Assembly (NCBI GenBank): GCA_963786935.1
Contig: CAWBAN010000001.1
Span: 96,001-160,000 of the forward strand
DNA from: an uncultured bacterium
GTDB lineage: Bacteria; Krumholzibacteriota; Krumholzibacteriia; Krumholzibacteriales; Krumholzibacteriaceae
Direction: 5' to 3'
Length of the DNA stretch: 64,000 nt
The position numbers and the translations under genes are program-made. The notes beneath the pieces were generated by a model. It saw only the letters and a program-made list of their open reading frames with translations, was not told the DNA's origin and searched no databases. Shown in pieces: positions 29,316 to 40,002 of this stretch (the first letter of the stretch is position 1; the number at the start of each line of letters is the position of its first letter).

Positions 29316-30770
29316 ATGGATATGAAGATCGGGCTCAATATCGGGCTCCAACAGCGTCTCGTGATGACGCCGAAGCTCCAGCAGGCGCTCAAGCTCCTCC
29401 AGATGCCGACCCTCGAGCTTCAGCAGGTGCTCAAGCAGGAGGTCCTCCAGAATCCGCTCCTCGAGGAAGTCGACGACGCGGACATGGAAGCTGACGAGGA
29501 GGAACCCGCGTCGGAGGAGCGGGCCGAGCAGCGCACCGAGGAGCAGCAGGCGAAGATCGCTGAGACCGAGGCGGAGAGCGAAGAGGCGAAGAAGGAGCGC
29601 GTCGAGTTCGACGACTACTTCGAGTCGAGCTTCGGGCTCGGGGACGGATTCGCGAACGAGGAAGACCGCGAGGATTTCGTCGAGCGCGTCCCCGTCGCGA
29701 AGCAGAGCTTCGTCGAGTATCTCATGAGTCAGATGCGGCTCGTCACCAAGGACGAGAAGACCCTCGAGATCGGCGAGTACATCGTCGGAAGCCTCGACGA
29801 TTCGGGCTACCTCACGGCCGCGCTCAAGGAGATCGCCGACACGTGCCGCACGACCGAGGAGGAGGCCGAGCGCGTCCTGAAGATCATCCAGGGCTTCGAT
29901 CCGGTCGGGGTCGGCGCGCGCGACCTCAAGGAGTGCCTCCTCATCCAGCTCGAGGCGAAGGGTATGGGGGACTCGCTCGCCGCGCGCATCGTCCGCGACC
30001 ACTTCAACGAGTTCAAGCAGAAGAAGTACCTCGACCTGAGCAAGGCGCTCAAGGTGTCCATGAAGGAGATTCAGGACGAGGCGCACGTCATCGGCAAGCT
30101 CAATCCGAAGCCCGGCCTCGACATCCTCGGCGACGAGCCGAAGTACGTGATCCCCGATCTCGTCGTCGAGCTCGTGGGGGAGCGGTACATCGTATCGCTC
30201 AACGACCGGAACGTCCCGCGTCTCAGGATCAGCCAGTCGTACCGCGACGAGCTCCAGCAGAACGTCGAGCTCGACACCGAGGCGAAGGATTTCATCCAGA
30301 GCCGCCTCAAGAACGCGAAGTGGCTCATCCAGACGATCGAGCAGCGCCGGCGCACGATGATCAAGGTGATGGAGGCGATCGTCGAGGAGCAGCGGGAGTT
30401 CTTCGAGAAGGGGGCCGCGTTTCTCCGGCCGCTCACCCTCCAGCAGGTGGCGAGCAAGATCAGTATGCACGAGTCGACGGTGAGCCGCGTGACGACGAAC
30501 AAGTATGTTCAGACGCCGCGCGGCGTTTACGAGCTCAAGTACTTCTTCAGCTCGAGCCTCAGCACCGAGGACGGCGACGAGGTGTCCGCGAAGAGCGCCA
30601 AGATGAAGATCAAGGGCATCATCGCCAAGGAAGACACACGAAGGCCCTTGAGCGATCAGAAGATCGCGGATATACTGAAGAAGGACGGGCTCATTATCGC
30701 GCGCCGGACCGTGGCGAAGTACCGGGAGCAGCTCGGCATTCTCCCCGCCCGGCACCGGAAGCAGTACTGA
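29316..30770 (+). CDS. rpoN: RNA polymerase sigma-54 factor
   Basis: MTPKLQQALKLLQ, MHESTVSR, RpoN box ARRTVAKYRE. Confidence 0.98.
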   Translation: MDMKIGLNIGLQQRLVMTPKLQQALKLLQMPTLELQQVLKQEVLQNPLLEEVDDADMEADEEEPASEERAEQRTEEQQAKIAETEAESEEAKKERVEFDDYFESSFGLGDGFANEEDREDFVERVPVAKQSFVEYLMSQMRLVTKDEKTLEIGEYIVGSLDDSGYLTAALKEIADTCRTTEEEAERVLKIIQGFDPVGVGARDLKECLLIQLEAKGMGDSLAARIVRDHFNEFKQKKYLDLSKALKVSMKEIQDEAHVIGKLNPKPGLDILGDEPKYVIPDLVVELVGERYIVSLNDRNVPRLRISQSYRDELQQNVELDTEAKDFIQSRLKNAKWLIQTIEQRRRTMIKVMEAIVEEQREFFEKGAAFLRPLTLQQVASKISMHESTVSRVTTNKYVQTPRGVYELKYFFSSSLSTEDGDEVSAKSAKMKIKGIIAKEDTRRPLSDQKIADILKKDGLIIARRTVAKYREQLGILPARHRKQY

Positions 30771-30802
30771 GCTTAACCGATTGCCAAGGTTATAGATAAT
30801 AC

Positions 30803-31678
30803 ATGATGGTATCGACCAAGTCTCGCCGATCCGCACGGCTCCCGAGCTGGCTGCAGCGGAGGATCCCCGTCCTCGGGGAATGCAGCCCGATCGAGAGCAT
30901 CGTCCGCGGGAACAATCTCCACACCGTGTGCCGCGAAGCGCTGTGCCCGAACCGCACCGAATGCTACTCGAAGCGCCGGGCCACGTTCCTCATCCTCGGC
31001 GGCGTCTGCACGCGGGGATGCCGTTTCTGCCGGGTCTCGCGGGGAACGCCGCACCCGATCGATCCGGACGAGCACCTGCGGATCGTGAAGGCCGCGGGCA
31101 TGATGAATCTCGAGAACGTCGTCGTGACCTCCGTCACGAGGGACGATCTCCCGGACGGGGGAGCGCGCGTCTTCGCCGACACGGTGGGGGCGCTGAAACG
31201 GCTCCCGAAGCCGCCGGTCGTCGAGGTGCTCGTCCCCGATTTTGGCGGGAGCCTCGAGTCGCTCGCGGCGGTCCTCGCCGCGGGGCCCGAGGTCTTCGCG
31301 CACAACATCGAGACGGTCCGGCGCCTCTACGCGAAGGCGCGCCGGGGCGCCGATTACGATCGATCGCTGTCCCTTCTTTCGGAAGCGAAACGGATTCGCC
31401 CCGAGGTGATCACGAAGTCCTCGTTGATCCTCGGGCTGGGCGAAACGACCGAGGAGGTGCTGGAAGCCTTTCGGGACCTGAGACGCGCGTCGGTCGACTG
31501 CCTGACGGTCGGCCAGTATCTGCGTCCGGGGATCGAGCAGATCCCCGTCCGGAACTACATTCCCCCCGAGCGCTTCGATTGGTACCGAGACGAAGCGCTC
31601 GCGTTGGGCTTCCGCGACGTGGCCGCCGGGCCGCTCGTGCGGAGCTCGTATCAGGATGTGCGCCTCGGTCCCCAGTAG
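30803..31678 (+). CDS. lipA: lipoyl synthase
   Basis: CX4CX5C (CREALCPNRTEC), CTRGCRFC, HNIETV, RSSY. Confidence 0.95.
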   Translation: MMVSTKSRRSARLPSWLQRRIPVLGECSPIESIVRGNNLHTVCREALCPNRTECYSKRRATFLILGGVCTRGCRFCRVSRGTPHPIDPDEHLRIVKAAGMMNLENVVVTSVTRDDLPDGGARVFADTVGALKRLPKPPVVEVLVPDFGGSLESLAAVLAAGPEVFAHNIETVRRLYAKARRGADYDRSLSLLSEAKRIRPEVITKSSLILGLGETTEEVLEAFRDLRRASVDCLTVGQYLRPGIEQIPVRNYIPPERFDWYRDEALALGFRDVAAGPLVRSSYQDVRLGPQ

Positions 31679-31724
31679 AATTTCGAGAACGGAGCGAAGG
31701 GTAGAAGACGCGAGGAGGTATCGA

Positions 31725-32270
31725 ATGAAGCTCACGACAACGGCCCGGCATTTCGAAGCGACTCCCGAGCTCGTCACATTCGCCGAGAACAAGATACGCA
31801 AGCTGAAGCGGTTCTGGGATCAGATCCTGCACGTCGAGGCGATCATGTCGGTCGAGAAATTCCGGCACATCGCCGAAATCAAGGTTCACGTGAACGGCCA
31901 CGACTTCGCCGCCAAGGAAGAATCGGACGACATGTACGGCTCGATCGAGAAGTCGGTCAAGAACCTCGAAAAGCAGATGAAGAAGTTCAAGGGGAAGCTC
32001 GTTATCAACGCGCACGGGCACCGCAAGGGAGCCTTCAAGGCGGAAACCCGCGAGAAGATCATCGGCTCGGCGAGCGTCGGCACGACCGCGGGGCTCGAGA
32101 TCATCGAGGAGGTGCCGCACGGCATCCCCGACCTGAGCGTCGAGGCGGCGATCGTCCTCATGGAGGACGAGGAGACCAACTTTATGCTGTTCAACAACGC
32201 GGAATCGGGTAAACTGACCATCGTGTACCGGCGAGCCGACGGCAACTACGGGTTGCTCGAGAAGTTCTAG
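31725..32270 (+). CDS. hpf: long ribosome hibernation promoting factor
   Basis: TARHFEATP, DMYGSIE, C-terminal IVYRRADGNYGL. Confidence 0.93.
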   Translation: MKLTTTARHFEATPELVTFAENKIRKLKRFWDQILHVEAIMSVEKFRHIAEIKVHVNGHDFAAKEESDDMYGSIEKSVKNLEKQMKKFKGKLVINAHGHRKGAFKAETREKIIGSASVGTTAGLEIIEEVPHGIPDLSVEAAIVLMEDEETNFMLFNNAESGKLTIVYRRADGNYGLLEKF

Positions 32271-32291
32271 GACCGTTCCGATTATCAGGCG

Positions 32292-33278
32292 GTGAGTATG
32301 GAGGATACCCTTCGGTACGTGTACCCGGTCGACCAGTTCTACGAGGACTGCAGGGAGGAGTTCAAGCTCGAGGTGATGACGCCGGCGCTCACGAGCGCCC
32401 TGCCCATCACGGTGCCCGACGTACACCGGCCCGCGTTCGCCCTTACCGGCTTCATGGAGTTCTTCCTCCATGAGCGGATCCAGCTCATCGGCGAGACCGA
32501 GCTGGTCTACCTCTCGTCCCTCAATCCGGGGCAGCAGCGCGACGCCGTCGCGCGCCTGTTCTCGAAGCCCCTCTGCTGCATCATCGTGACGAAGGGGCTC
32601 GAGCCGGTGCCCGACCTCGTGCCGCTCGCGACGGAGCACGGCGTGCCCGTTCTCCGCACGGCGCTCCCGACGACGCCGTTCCTCCACATGCTCACCGATC
32701 ACCTCGAGGACGTGTTCGCGCCGCGCATGTCCGTGCACGCCTCGCTTGTCGACGTGTACGGCGTCGGGCTCCTCTTCTCGGGGCAGAGCGGAATCGGCAA
32801 GAGCGAAATCGCCCTCGATCTCGTCGAGCGCGGTCACCGGCTCGTCGCCGACGACGTCGTCGAGATCATCAGGCGCGGCAACGTGCTCATCGGGAAGGGC
32901 TCCGAGCACCTGCGGCACTACATGGAGATCCGCGGCATCGGGATCATCAACGTCATGGACATATTCGGCATCCGCGCGGTGCGCGTCCAGAAGCGCATCG
33001 AGGTCGAGGTGCGCCTCGAGGTCTGGGATCCGAAAAAGGACTGGGACCGGCTCGGTCTCGACGAGAAGTACGTCGACATGCTCGGCACGAAGATCCGCCA
33101 GGTCATCATCCCGATCTATCCGGGCAAGAACATCACGGTCATCGCGGAGAGCATTTCCCTCAACCACATGCTCAAGGTGTACGGGATCGACGCCGCGAAA
33201 CGATTCAATAAACAGCTCATCGACATGATGGAGAGCGATCGCAAAACGAGGCGATACCTCAAGTACGACACGGAATGA
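32292..33278 (+). CDS. hprK: HPr(Ser) kinase/phosphorylase
   Basis: GQSGIGKSE, RGHRLVADD, MEIRGIGII. Confidence 0.96.
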   Translation: MSMEDTLRYVYPVDQFYEDCREEFKLEVMTPALTSALPITVPDVHRPAFALTGFMEFFLHERIQLIGETELVYLSSLNPGQQRDAVARLFSKPLCCIIVTKGLEPVPDLVPLATEHGVPVLRTALPTTPFLHMLTDHLEDVFAPRMSVHASLVDVYGVGLLFSGQSGIGKSEIALDLVERGHRLVADDVVEIIRRGNVLIGKGSEHLRHYMEIRGIGIINVMDIFGIRAVRVQKRIEVEVRLEVWDPKKDWDRLGLDEKYVDMLGTKIRQVIIPIYPGKNITVIAESISLNHMLKVYGIDAAKRFNKQLIDMMESDRKTRRYLKYDTE

Positions 33279-33682
33279 GCGACGAGAAACACACCGGCCG
33301 CATCGCGGGGATCGTCGTCACGCACGGGAAGCTCGCCGAGGAGCTCGTTCGAACGGCGGAGCTCATCGTCGGGCACATCGACGATCTGCACGCCGTCTCG
33401 GGATCCGATCTGTGCGACGAGAGCGTCATCGGGACGATCCGGGGGATCCTCGCGCGGCGCGAGGACGCCCGCGTCGTCGTCTTCGTCGACTACTTCGGCG
33501 GCTCCTGCTGCATCAACAGCGTCCGCGCGGTCGAAGGGGAAACGGGAATCAAGGTCGTGAGCGGCGTCAACCTCCCCGTGCTCCTCGCCTTCGCGACGAA
33601 GCGGGGAACGCTGCCGTTCGACGAGATGGTCGATCATCTCATCCGGCGGGGCCGCGAGAGCCTCAAGGTGATCGACCTCTAA
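33275..33682 (+). CDS. PTS mannose-family EIIA
   Basis: VVTHGKLA, VDYFGGS, VSGVNLP. Confidence 0.9.
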   Translation: MSDEKHTGRIAGIVVTHGKLAEELVRTAELIVGHIDDLHAVSGSDLCDESVIGTIRGILARREDARVVVFVDYFGGSCCINSVRAVEGETGIKVVSGVNLPVLLAFATKRGTLPFDEMVDHLIRRGRESLKVIDL

Positions 33683-33739
33683 CGCGGCGCGCGGCTGCCT
33701 CGGGCGCGCCGGGAACCGTCTCGGGGGAGCGGAGTCCGC

Positions 33740-34213
33740 ATGATCGTGCTGTTCAGAGTCGACGATCGCCTCATCCACGGGCAGGTCGTTCTCGGGTGGG
33801 GCTCGGTCCTCGAGCCCGACCGCATCATCCTCGCCGATGACGGCGTCGCCGCGAACCAATGGGAGCGCGAGCTCTACGCCTCGGCGGCCCCCCCCGAAAT
33901 CAAGGTCTCGGTTCTCACCCTCACCGAAGCGGCCGTCCAGCTCAAAGCCGGCGTCTTCGAGGGGGAGAAGGTGATCCTCCTCGTGAAGCACCCGCGGAAC
34001 GTCCTGTCCCTCATGGACCTCGGGCTTCCGGTGAACGAGGTCAACGTCGGCGGTATCCATTACCGCGAGGGGCGGGAGAAGGTGATCGAGAACGTGTATC
34101 TCGACGCGGAGGAGCGGGGCGTCATGCGCGAGCTCGTGAAGCGCGGGGTGACGCTCGACGGGAGGGCCGTGCCGTCGAGCAAGCCGGTGACGCTCAACGC
34201 CCGGGTCGTATAA
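33740..34213 (+). CDS. PTS mannose-family EIIB
   Basis: RVDDRLIHGQV, VNVGGIH. Confidence 0.93.
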   Translation: MIVLFRVDDRLIHGQVVLGWGSVLEPDRIILADDGVAANQWERELYASAAPPEIKVSVLTLTEAAVQLKAGVFEGEKVILLVKHPRNVLSLMDLGLPVNEVNVGGIHYREGREKVIENVYLDAEERGVMRELVKRGVTLDGRAVPSSKPVTLNARVV

Positions 34214-34232
34214 AAGGAGCGCCTGAACGACG

Positions 34233-34931
34233 ATGAATCCCGTTCTCTCCGCATCGATCCTCGGCGGGGTGCTCGCTTCCGACAACCGCTCGTCGCTGCG
34301 TCTCATGATATCCCAGCCCGTGTGCGGCGGATTCCTCACGGGGCTCGCGCTCGGGAGCCCCGGCGAAGGACTGCTCGCCGGGGGGCTCCTCCAGATGATG
34401 TTTCTCGGCCTCGTGCCGGTGCGCGGCCACGGGACGCTCGATCTCGCGCTCGGCGGCGTGACGGCATCGTCGGTCTTCATTCTCGCCATGCGCTCGGCGA
34501 GCCTCGATCCCGCGGCGCGGGGGCTCGTGCTCTGCCTCTCGCTCGCCGCGGCCCTCGGAATCGCCGCTGCCGGGAGGGCGGGGTACCGCCTCTGGGAGCG
34601 CGGTTCGCACGTCTTCTCCGACGCGGCCCTCCGCCTCGCCTCGAAGGGGCATTTCGGGCTCGCCGCCGCGGTCCATTTCTCGACGGTTCTCGCGCATTTC
34701 GCGGCCGGCTTCGCCGTCACGGCCGTCGCGGCGGCCGGTCTCGCGCCGGCGGTCGCGCGGATCGCCGCGGCGCTGCAAGGACGGTGGGCCGAGCCGCTCT
34801 CGTCGCTGCCCCTGCTGCTCCCCTTCATCGGAGCGGGCTCGCTGCTCGCGCTCAATCGGGGGAGGGTGCGGGGATTCATGTTTCTGGCCGGATTCTGCAC
34901 CGTGATGCTGGTGCTGCTGTTCAGGAGCTGA
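34233..34931 (+). CDS. PTS mannose-family EIIC (divergent)
   Basis: MISQPVCGG..G..G..LQMMFLG; position between IIB and IID. Confidence 0.8.
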   Translation: MNPVLSASILGGVLASDNRSSLRLMISQPVCGGFLTGLALGSPGEGLLAGGLLQMMFLGLVPVRGHGTLDLALGGVTASSVFILAMRSASLDPAARGLVLCLSLAAALGIAAAGRAGYRLWERGSHVFSDAALRLASKGHFGLAAAVHFSTVLAHFAAGFAVTAVAAAGLAPAVARIAAALQGRWAEPLSSLPLLLPFIGAGSLLALNRGRVRGFMFLAGFCTVMLVLLFRS

Positions 34932-34932
34932 T

Positions 34933-35766
34933 ATGGAGCAGGATCGTACGCGAGAAGGCATCTGGAGCGAATCGGAAGGCGCCTCCCCCGCGCGGGGCCC
35001 GCGGCCCGGCGCGTTCCTGCGCGAGCACGGAAACGCCCTCTGGCGGCTCTTCTTCATCCAGAGCTCGCGCAACGAGCGGACGCTGGACGGGCTCGGCTTC
35101 TTTTCCATCGTCGCGCCGTTCGTCACGCGGTGCGCCCGGCCGGGCGAGGACGCGAAGGCGCTCGCGCGGCGCCATCTCGGCTATTTCAACGCGGGGCTCT
35201 ACCTCTCGTCCGTGGTCGCCGGGGTCGTCGTGAACCTCGAGCGCAGGCGCGCCCGGGGGGAGCCGATCCCCGTCGAGCGGATCGAGGCCGTCAAGGCGGC
35301 GCTGTCGTCGGTGCTCGCCGCCCGGGCCAACTATTTTTTCGACGCGCTGCTCGTCCCCCTCGGATTGACAATCGCGAGCATTTCTGCTATGTATGGCTCG
35401 TACGCCGGACTGATTGCCTTCCTTGCGCTGTACAATGTTTATCACTTCCAATCCCGGATTGGCGGATATTGCAAAGGGGCCGAGTTGGGTGAGGGTGTGG
35501 GGGGGGCGTTCGTCGCCCGGCTCTACCGGGAGGAGCGGGCCGTCGGCGGCGTGGCGGCCTACGCGGCGGGGCTGTTCACGGCGCTCGCGTGCGTGAAGGC
35601 CCACGGCGCGGGAGGGGCCGGCTTCATCGCGTGGGGGGCCGTGGCGTTCGCCGCCTCGGCCGTTCTCGCGAGGAGAATATCGATCGTCCGGACCGCCGCC
35701 ATCCTGTTCGCCGCGACGGTCATCTATCTGGTCGTGTACCCGTACGTGGCCGCGCGGTTGCCCTGA
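34933..35766 (+). CDS. PTS mannose-family EIID (divergent)
   Basis: LFFIQSSRNER..GLGF, RHLGYFN; operon position. Confidence 0.8.
   Translation: MEQDRTREGIWSESEGASPARGPRPGAFLREHGNALWRLFFIQSSRNERTLDGLGFFSIVAPFVTRCARPGEDAKALARRHLGYFNAGLYLSSVVAGVVVNLERRRARGEPIPVERIEAVKAALSSVLAARANYFFDALLVPLGLTIASISAMYGSYAGLIAFLALYNVYHFQSRIGGYCKGAELGEGVGGAFVARLYREERAVGGVAAYAAGLFTALACVKAHGAGGAGFIAWGAVAFAASAVLARRISIVRTAAILFAATVIYLVVYPYVAARLP
35365..35393 (+). promoter_or_regulatory. putative internal sigma70 promoter inside EIID
   Basis: TTGACA-17-(TGc)TATGTA in a patch of rare AT-rich codons. Confidence 0.45.
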
Positions 35767-35798
35767 ACGCCGGGCGCGTCGGACGGGAGAGCCGCACG

Positions 35799-36071
35799 AT
35801 GGTCACGGGAAGCGCGAAGGTCAGGAACAAGAACGGCATCCATTTGCGGCTCGCCGGCGAGCTCGTCAAGGCGGCCGCGAAGTTCCATTCGCACGTCACC
35901 GTCTCGAAGGACGGCCAGGAAGTGGACGCCAAAAGCATTCTCGGCGTCGCCGGGCTCGGGGCCGAGAACGGCGCGGAGCTCGTGTTCAACGCCGACGGCG
36001 AGGACGAGCAGGAGGCGATCGCCTTCCTCGTCGACCTCGTCGACAACCAGTTCGCCCGGGAGACCAACTGA
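35799..36071 (+). CDS. ptsH: phosphocarrier protein HPr
   Basis: NKNGIHLRLA (His15 site), VDAKSILGV (Ser46 site). Confidence 0.92.
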   Translation: MVTGSAKVRNKNGIHLRLAGELVKAAAKFHSHVTVSKDGQEVDAKSILGVAGLGAENGAELVFNADGEDEQEAIAFLVDLVDNQFARETN

Positions 36072-37860
36072 TGGACGACGCGAAAGCCGATCCCCGAGAG
36101 ATGATCCTCAGCGGGATTCCCGCGTCCCCGGGCATCGCCTTCGGCGAGGCGTTCGTCGTCAACGTCGAGGATCTGCCCGTCGACGACGAGCGCATCCCGG
36201 CCGGCCGCGTCGACGCCGAGATCGAGCGGTACCGCGAGGCGCTCGCGAAAACGGAGAAGGAGCTGCAGAAGCTCGTCAGCTCGCTCGAGGAGGAGATCGG
36301 CGAAGAGCACGGCAAGATCCTCGATTCGCACCGGATGATTCTCAAGGACGAGTTCGTCCGCAGCGAAACGATCAAGGTGATCAAGGAGCAGAAGGTGAAC
36401 GCGGCGTACGCGCTGACCCTCGTGCTCGACAAGGTGCTCGCGACCTTCTCCAACATCAAGGACGAATACCTCAAGGAGCGCGGCGAGGACATCCGCGACG
36501 TGCGCCGGCGCATCATCCGCAATCTCCTCGGGCAGAAGGCCGAGGGGATCACGAATCTGCGGAAGAAAGCGATCGTCGTCGCGAAGAGCCTCACCCCCTC
36601 CGATACGGCGGGATTCAACAAGAAATACGTGCTCGGATGCGTCACCGACGCGGGGGGAGCACGTCCCACGCCGCGATCCTCGCGCGCTCGCTCGGCATCC
36701 CCGCCGTCGTCGGGCTCAACGATTTCAGCAGGCACGTGAAGCCGTACGACGAGATTATCGTCGACGGGATCACGGGGCACGTCATTCTCCGCCCGACCGC
36801 CGAGACGGTGAAGACCTACCGCGAGGCCCAGGTGCGGTACCGCGATCTCGAAAAGGAGCTCCTCACGCTCCGCGACTATCCCGCGGTGACCCTCGACGGG
36901 CACCAGATCGAGCTCGCGGCGAACATCGAGATCCCCGACGAGGTCGACGACGCCCTCGCGCACGGCGCGCGCGGCATCGGGCTCTTCCGCACCGAGTATT
37001 TCTTCATCACGAGGAACACGCTCCCGAGCGAGGAGGAGCAGTACCGCTACTACGCGGGGGTCGTGAAGCGCATGCCCGCGGATCCCGTCATCATCCGGAC
37101 GCTCGACGTCGGGGGCGACAAGATCGGGCGATGGGTCGGCGACGTCACCGAGGCGAATCCGTTCATGGGCTGGCGCGGGGTGCGGTTCACGCTCGCGCGC
37201 AAGGATATCTTCAAGACGCAGCTCCGCGCGATCTTCCGGGCCGCCGCGCACGGCGACGTCCGGGTCATGTTCCCGATGGTCTCCGTGCTCGACGAGGTGC
37301 TCCTCGCCAAGGAGATCTGCGAGGAGGTCAAGGAAGACCTCAAGCGGCAGCGCTACCAGATCGGCGAGAAGGTGCAGATCGGCGTCATGATCGAGACCCC
37401 GTCGGCCGTCGCCATCGCGGACATCCTCGCCCGCGAGGTGGACTTCTTCAGCATCGGGACGAACGACCTCATCCAGTACACGCTCGCGGTCGACCGGGGC
37501 AACGCGCGGATCTCGTACCTGTACGATCCGCTCCACCCGAGCATCCTGCGGCTCCTGCGCGACACGGTCGTGGCGGCGCACAAGAACAAGATCTGGGTCG
37601 GCATCTGCGGCGAGATGCCCGGGCATCTTCATGGCGCGCTCCTGCTCCTCGGGCTCGGCCTCGACGAGTTCAGCGCCGGCGCGTACCTCATTCCCACCGT
37701 CAAGAAGATCATCCGGTCGGTCACGTTCGACGAGACGCGGTCCCTCGTCCGCAAGGCGCTCACGATGGGAACGGCGCGGGAGGTCCGCGAGCTGATCGAT
37801 CACTTCATCCGCGAGAAACGCCCCGAGCTCAAGGAATTCACCCCGGAGGCCGGCTCATGA
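36071..37860 (+). CDS. ptsI: PTS enzyme I (one G missing in G-run 36652-36657, probable sequencing indel)
   Basis: GIPASPGIA, ERGEDIRDV, then shifted frame TSHAAILARSLGIP, GLFRTE, FSIGTNDL, GICGE. Confidence 0.93.
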
Positions 37861-38933
37861 GCCAGGAGGATTTGACGAGACATTACCGCGTCGACGCGGG
37901 CAAGATGCTCGATCTCGCGCTGGCGCTGCCCGACCACGTGGAGGAGGCATGGCGGATGATGCGGTCTTTCAAGGCCGCCCCGCCGAAGCGAAAGGGCCCC
38001 GTCATCCTCTGCGGGATGGGAGGATCGGCGATCGGCGGGAGGCTGCTGCTCGACCTGATCCGTTCGGAAGCCGGCACGCCGATCGTTCTCGAATCGGGCT
38101 ACACGCTCCCCGCGTACGCCGATTCGACGACTCCCGTCGTATGCATCAGCTACAGCGGCAACACCGAGGAAACCCTGAGCTGCTTCCAGAACGCCCTCAT
38201 GCGCTCGTGCCCGGCGGTCGTCATCACCTCGGGAGGCGAGCTCGCCCGCGAGGCCGACGCGGCCGGCGTGCCCGTGATCCGCGTTCCCGCCGGGATGCCG
38301 CCCCGCGCGGCGCTCGGGTATCTTTTCACGCCGCTCCTGGCGATCGTTTCGAAATGGGGCGTGTGCCGGATCGCCGACGAGGATGTCGACACGGCGGTGC
38401 GCAAGAGCCGCAAGCTCGCCGAGAAATATTCGCTCGCCGGGGATCCCGTCGAGTGCCGTCCCCTCCAGCTCGCGAAGCGGCTCTACGGCAAAACGCCGAT
38501 GGTGTACGGCGGAAACGGGCTCCTCCATTCGGCGTCGTACCGGTGGAAGTGCCAGTTCAACGAGAACTCGAAGAGCATGGCGTTCGCGAACTATTTCCCC
38601 GAGCTCGGACACAACGAGATCATGGGCTGGGAATGTCCCGAGCGGCTCCGGAGCGATTTCTTCCTCATCATGCTCCGGGACGTCGAGGATCACGCGCGCG
38701 TCCAGCGGGGAATGGAGGCGGCGTACCGGATGCTCGAGCCGCTCGGCGGCGGCGCGGTTCTCATCGAGAGCGAGGGGGACCGGGGGCGCGAGGGGCGCCT
38801 CGCGCGTCTCCTCTCCATCGTGCTCCTCGGCGATCTGACGAGCATCTATCTCGCCGTCGAGTACGGGAAGGACCCGACGCCCATCGAGAACATCGATCGA
38901 ATCAAGGAAGAGCTCACCACGGAGGATGCATGA
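37857..38933 (+). CDS. bifunctional phosphoglucose/phosphomannose isomerase (SIS family)
   Basis: GMGGSAIGG, SYSGNTEET, PRAALGY, RWKCQFNENSK, PELGHNE. Confidence 0.92.
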   Translation: MSQEDLTRHYRVDAGKMLDLALALPDHVEEAWRMMRSFKAAPPKRKGPVILCGMGGSAIGGRLLLDLIRSEAGTPIVLESGYTLPAYADSTTPVVCISYSGNTEETLSCFQNALMRSCPAVVITSGGELAREADAAGVPVIRVPAGMPPRAALGYLFTPLLAIVSKWGVCRIADEDVDTAVRKSRKLAEKYSLAGDPVECRPLQLAKRLYGKTPMVYGGNGLLHSASYRWKCQFNENSKSMAFANYFPELGHNEIMGWECPERLRSDFFLIMLRDVEDHARVQRGMEAAYRMLEPLGGGAVLIESEGDRGREGRLARLLSIVLLGDLTSIYLAVEYGKDPTPIENIDRIKEELTTEDA

Positions 38934-39904
38934 AGGCGATCATACCGGTCGCGGGAATCGGGAAACGGCTGCGGCCGCATACGCTCAACATACCGAAGGC
39001 GCTCCTCAACGTCGCCGGGAAGCCGATTCTCGGCCACATCGTCGACAGCCTGCTCGGCATGGGAGTCAAGGATCTCATCCCGATCGTCGGCTACAAGGGG
39101 GACCTGATCCGCGAGTACCTCACGGCCACCTACCAGGTGCCGATCACCTTCGTCGAGCAGTCGGAGCAGAAGGGGATCGCGCACGCCGTCTCCCTCGCGC
39201 GCGAATACGCCGACGACAGCGAGCTCATCATCATTCTCGGCGACACGATCATCAAGACCGAGTATTCGCGCATCCCGAAGGCCGGCAGCTGCGTCCTCGG
39301 GGTCCGCGAGGTCGCCGATCCGACCCGCTTCGGCATCTGCGAGGTCGAGAAGGGGATCGTGCGGCGGATCGTCGAGAAACCCGAGCATCCGAAGGGGAAC
39401 CTCGCGCTCATCGGGCTCTACTACTTCAAGGATTCGCGGCCCCTCTTCAAGGCGTGCGCGGAGATCATCAAAAAGAACATCATGACGAAGGGGGAGTACC
39501 AGATCACCGACGCGCTCCAGCTCATGATCGACCGGGGGAGCGAATTCCATCCCTACCACATCGACGGCTGGTACGATTGCGGGAAGGTCGAGACGCTTCT
39601 CGAGACGAACCGCGTCCTCCTCGAGGACAGGAAGACCTCCGCCAAGCGCGACGGCTGCATCATCATCCCGCCCTGCTCGATCGACAAGGGGAGCACGATC
39701 GTGAACTCGATCATCGGTCCCTACGTATCGGTCGCGAAGGGGTGCGAAATCAAGAATTCCATCATCGAAAACTCGATCCTGAACGAGGAGTCGGTCATCG
39801 AGAACGTCATCCTCGAGGGATCGGTCGTCGGGGCCTTCGCCGAGGTCACCGGCCGCAAGGGAAGCGTCAACGTGAGCGACTATTCGCAGATCGATTACCG
39901 CTGA
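38930..39904 (+). CDS. sugar-phosphate nucleotidyltransferase
   Basis: IPVAGIGKRLRPHT..PK, VEKP, EYQITDAL, WYDCGK, C-terminal beta-helix. Confidence 0.9.
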   Translation: MKAIIPVAGIGKRLRPHTLNIPKALLNVAGKPILGHIVDSLLGMGVKDLIPIVGYKGDLIREYLTATYQVPITFVEQSEQKGIAHAVSLAREYADDSELIIILGDTIIKTEYSRIPKAGSCVLGVREVADPTRFGICEVEKGIVRRIVEKPEHPKGNLALIGLYYFKDSRPLFKACAEIIKKNIMTKGEYQITDALQLMIDRGSEFHPYHIDGWYDCGKVETLLETNRVLLEDRKTSAKRDGCIIIPPCSIDKGSTIVNSIIGPYVSVAKGCEIKNSIIENSILNEESVIENVILEGSVVGAFAEVTGRKGSVNVSDYSQIDYR

Positions 39905-40002
39905 GGAGCCGCCCCGGCGTTTTCGCTTGATTTTTCAGGCCGCGCGAATGATTGTACTCTGTTACTAACGGGGTTACGCTTGTGATCGCAAGGAGTTGAT
40001 GT

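Noticed and set aside
36640..36670. Programmed frameshifting in ptsI or metK
   Set aside because: No slippery heptamer or stimulator seen; repeated indels across unrelated genes favour sequencing error
39905..40002. SAM riboswitch before metK
   Set aside because: Spacer is under 100 bp and no SAM-I/II core was recognisable
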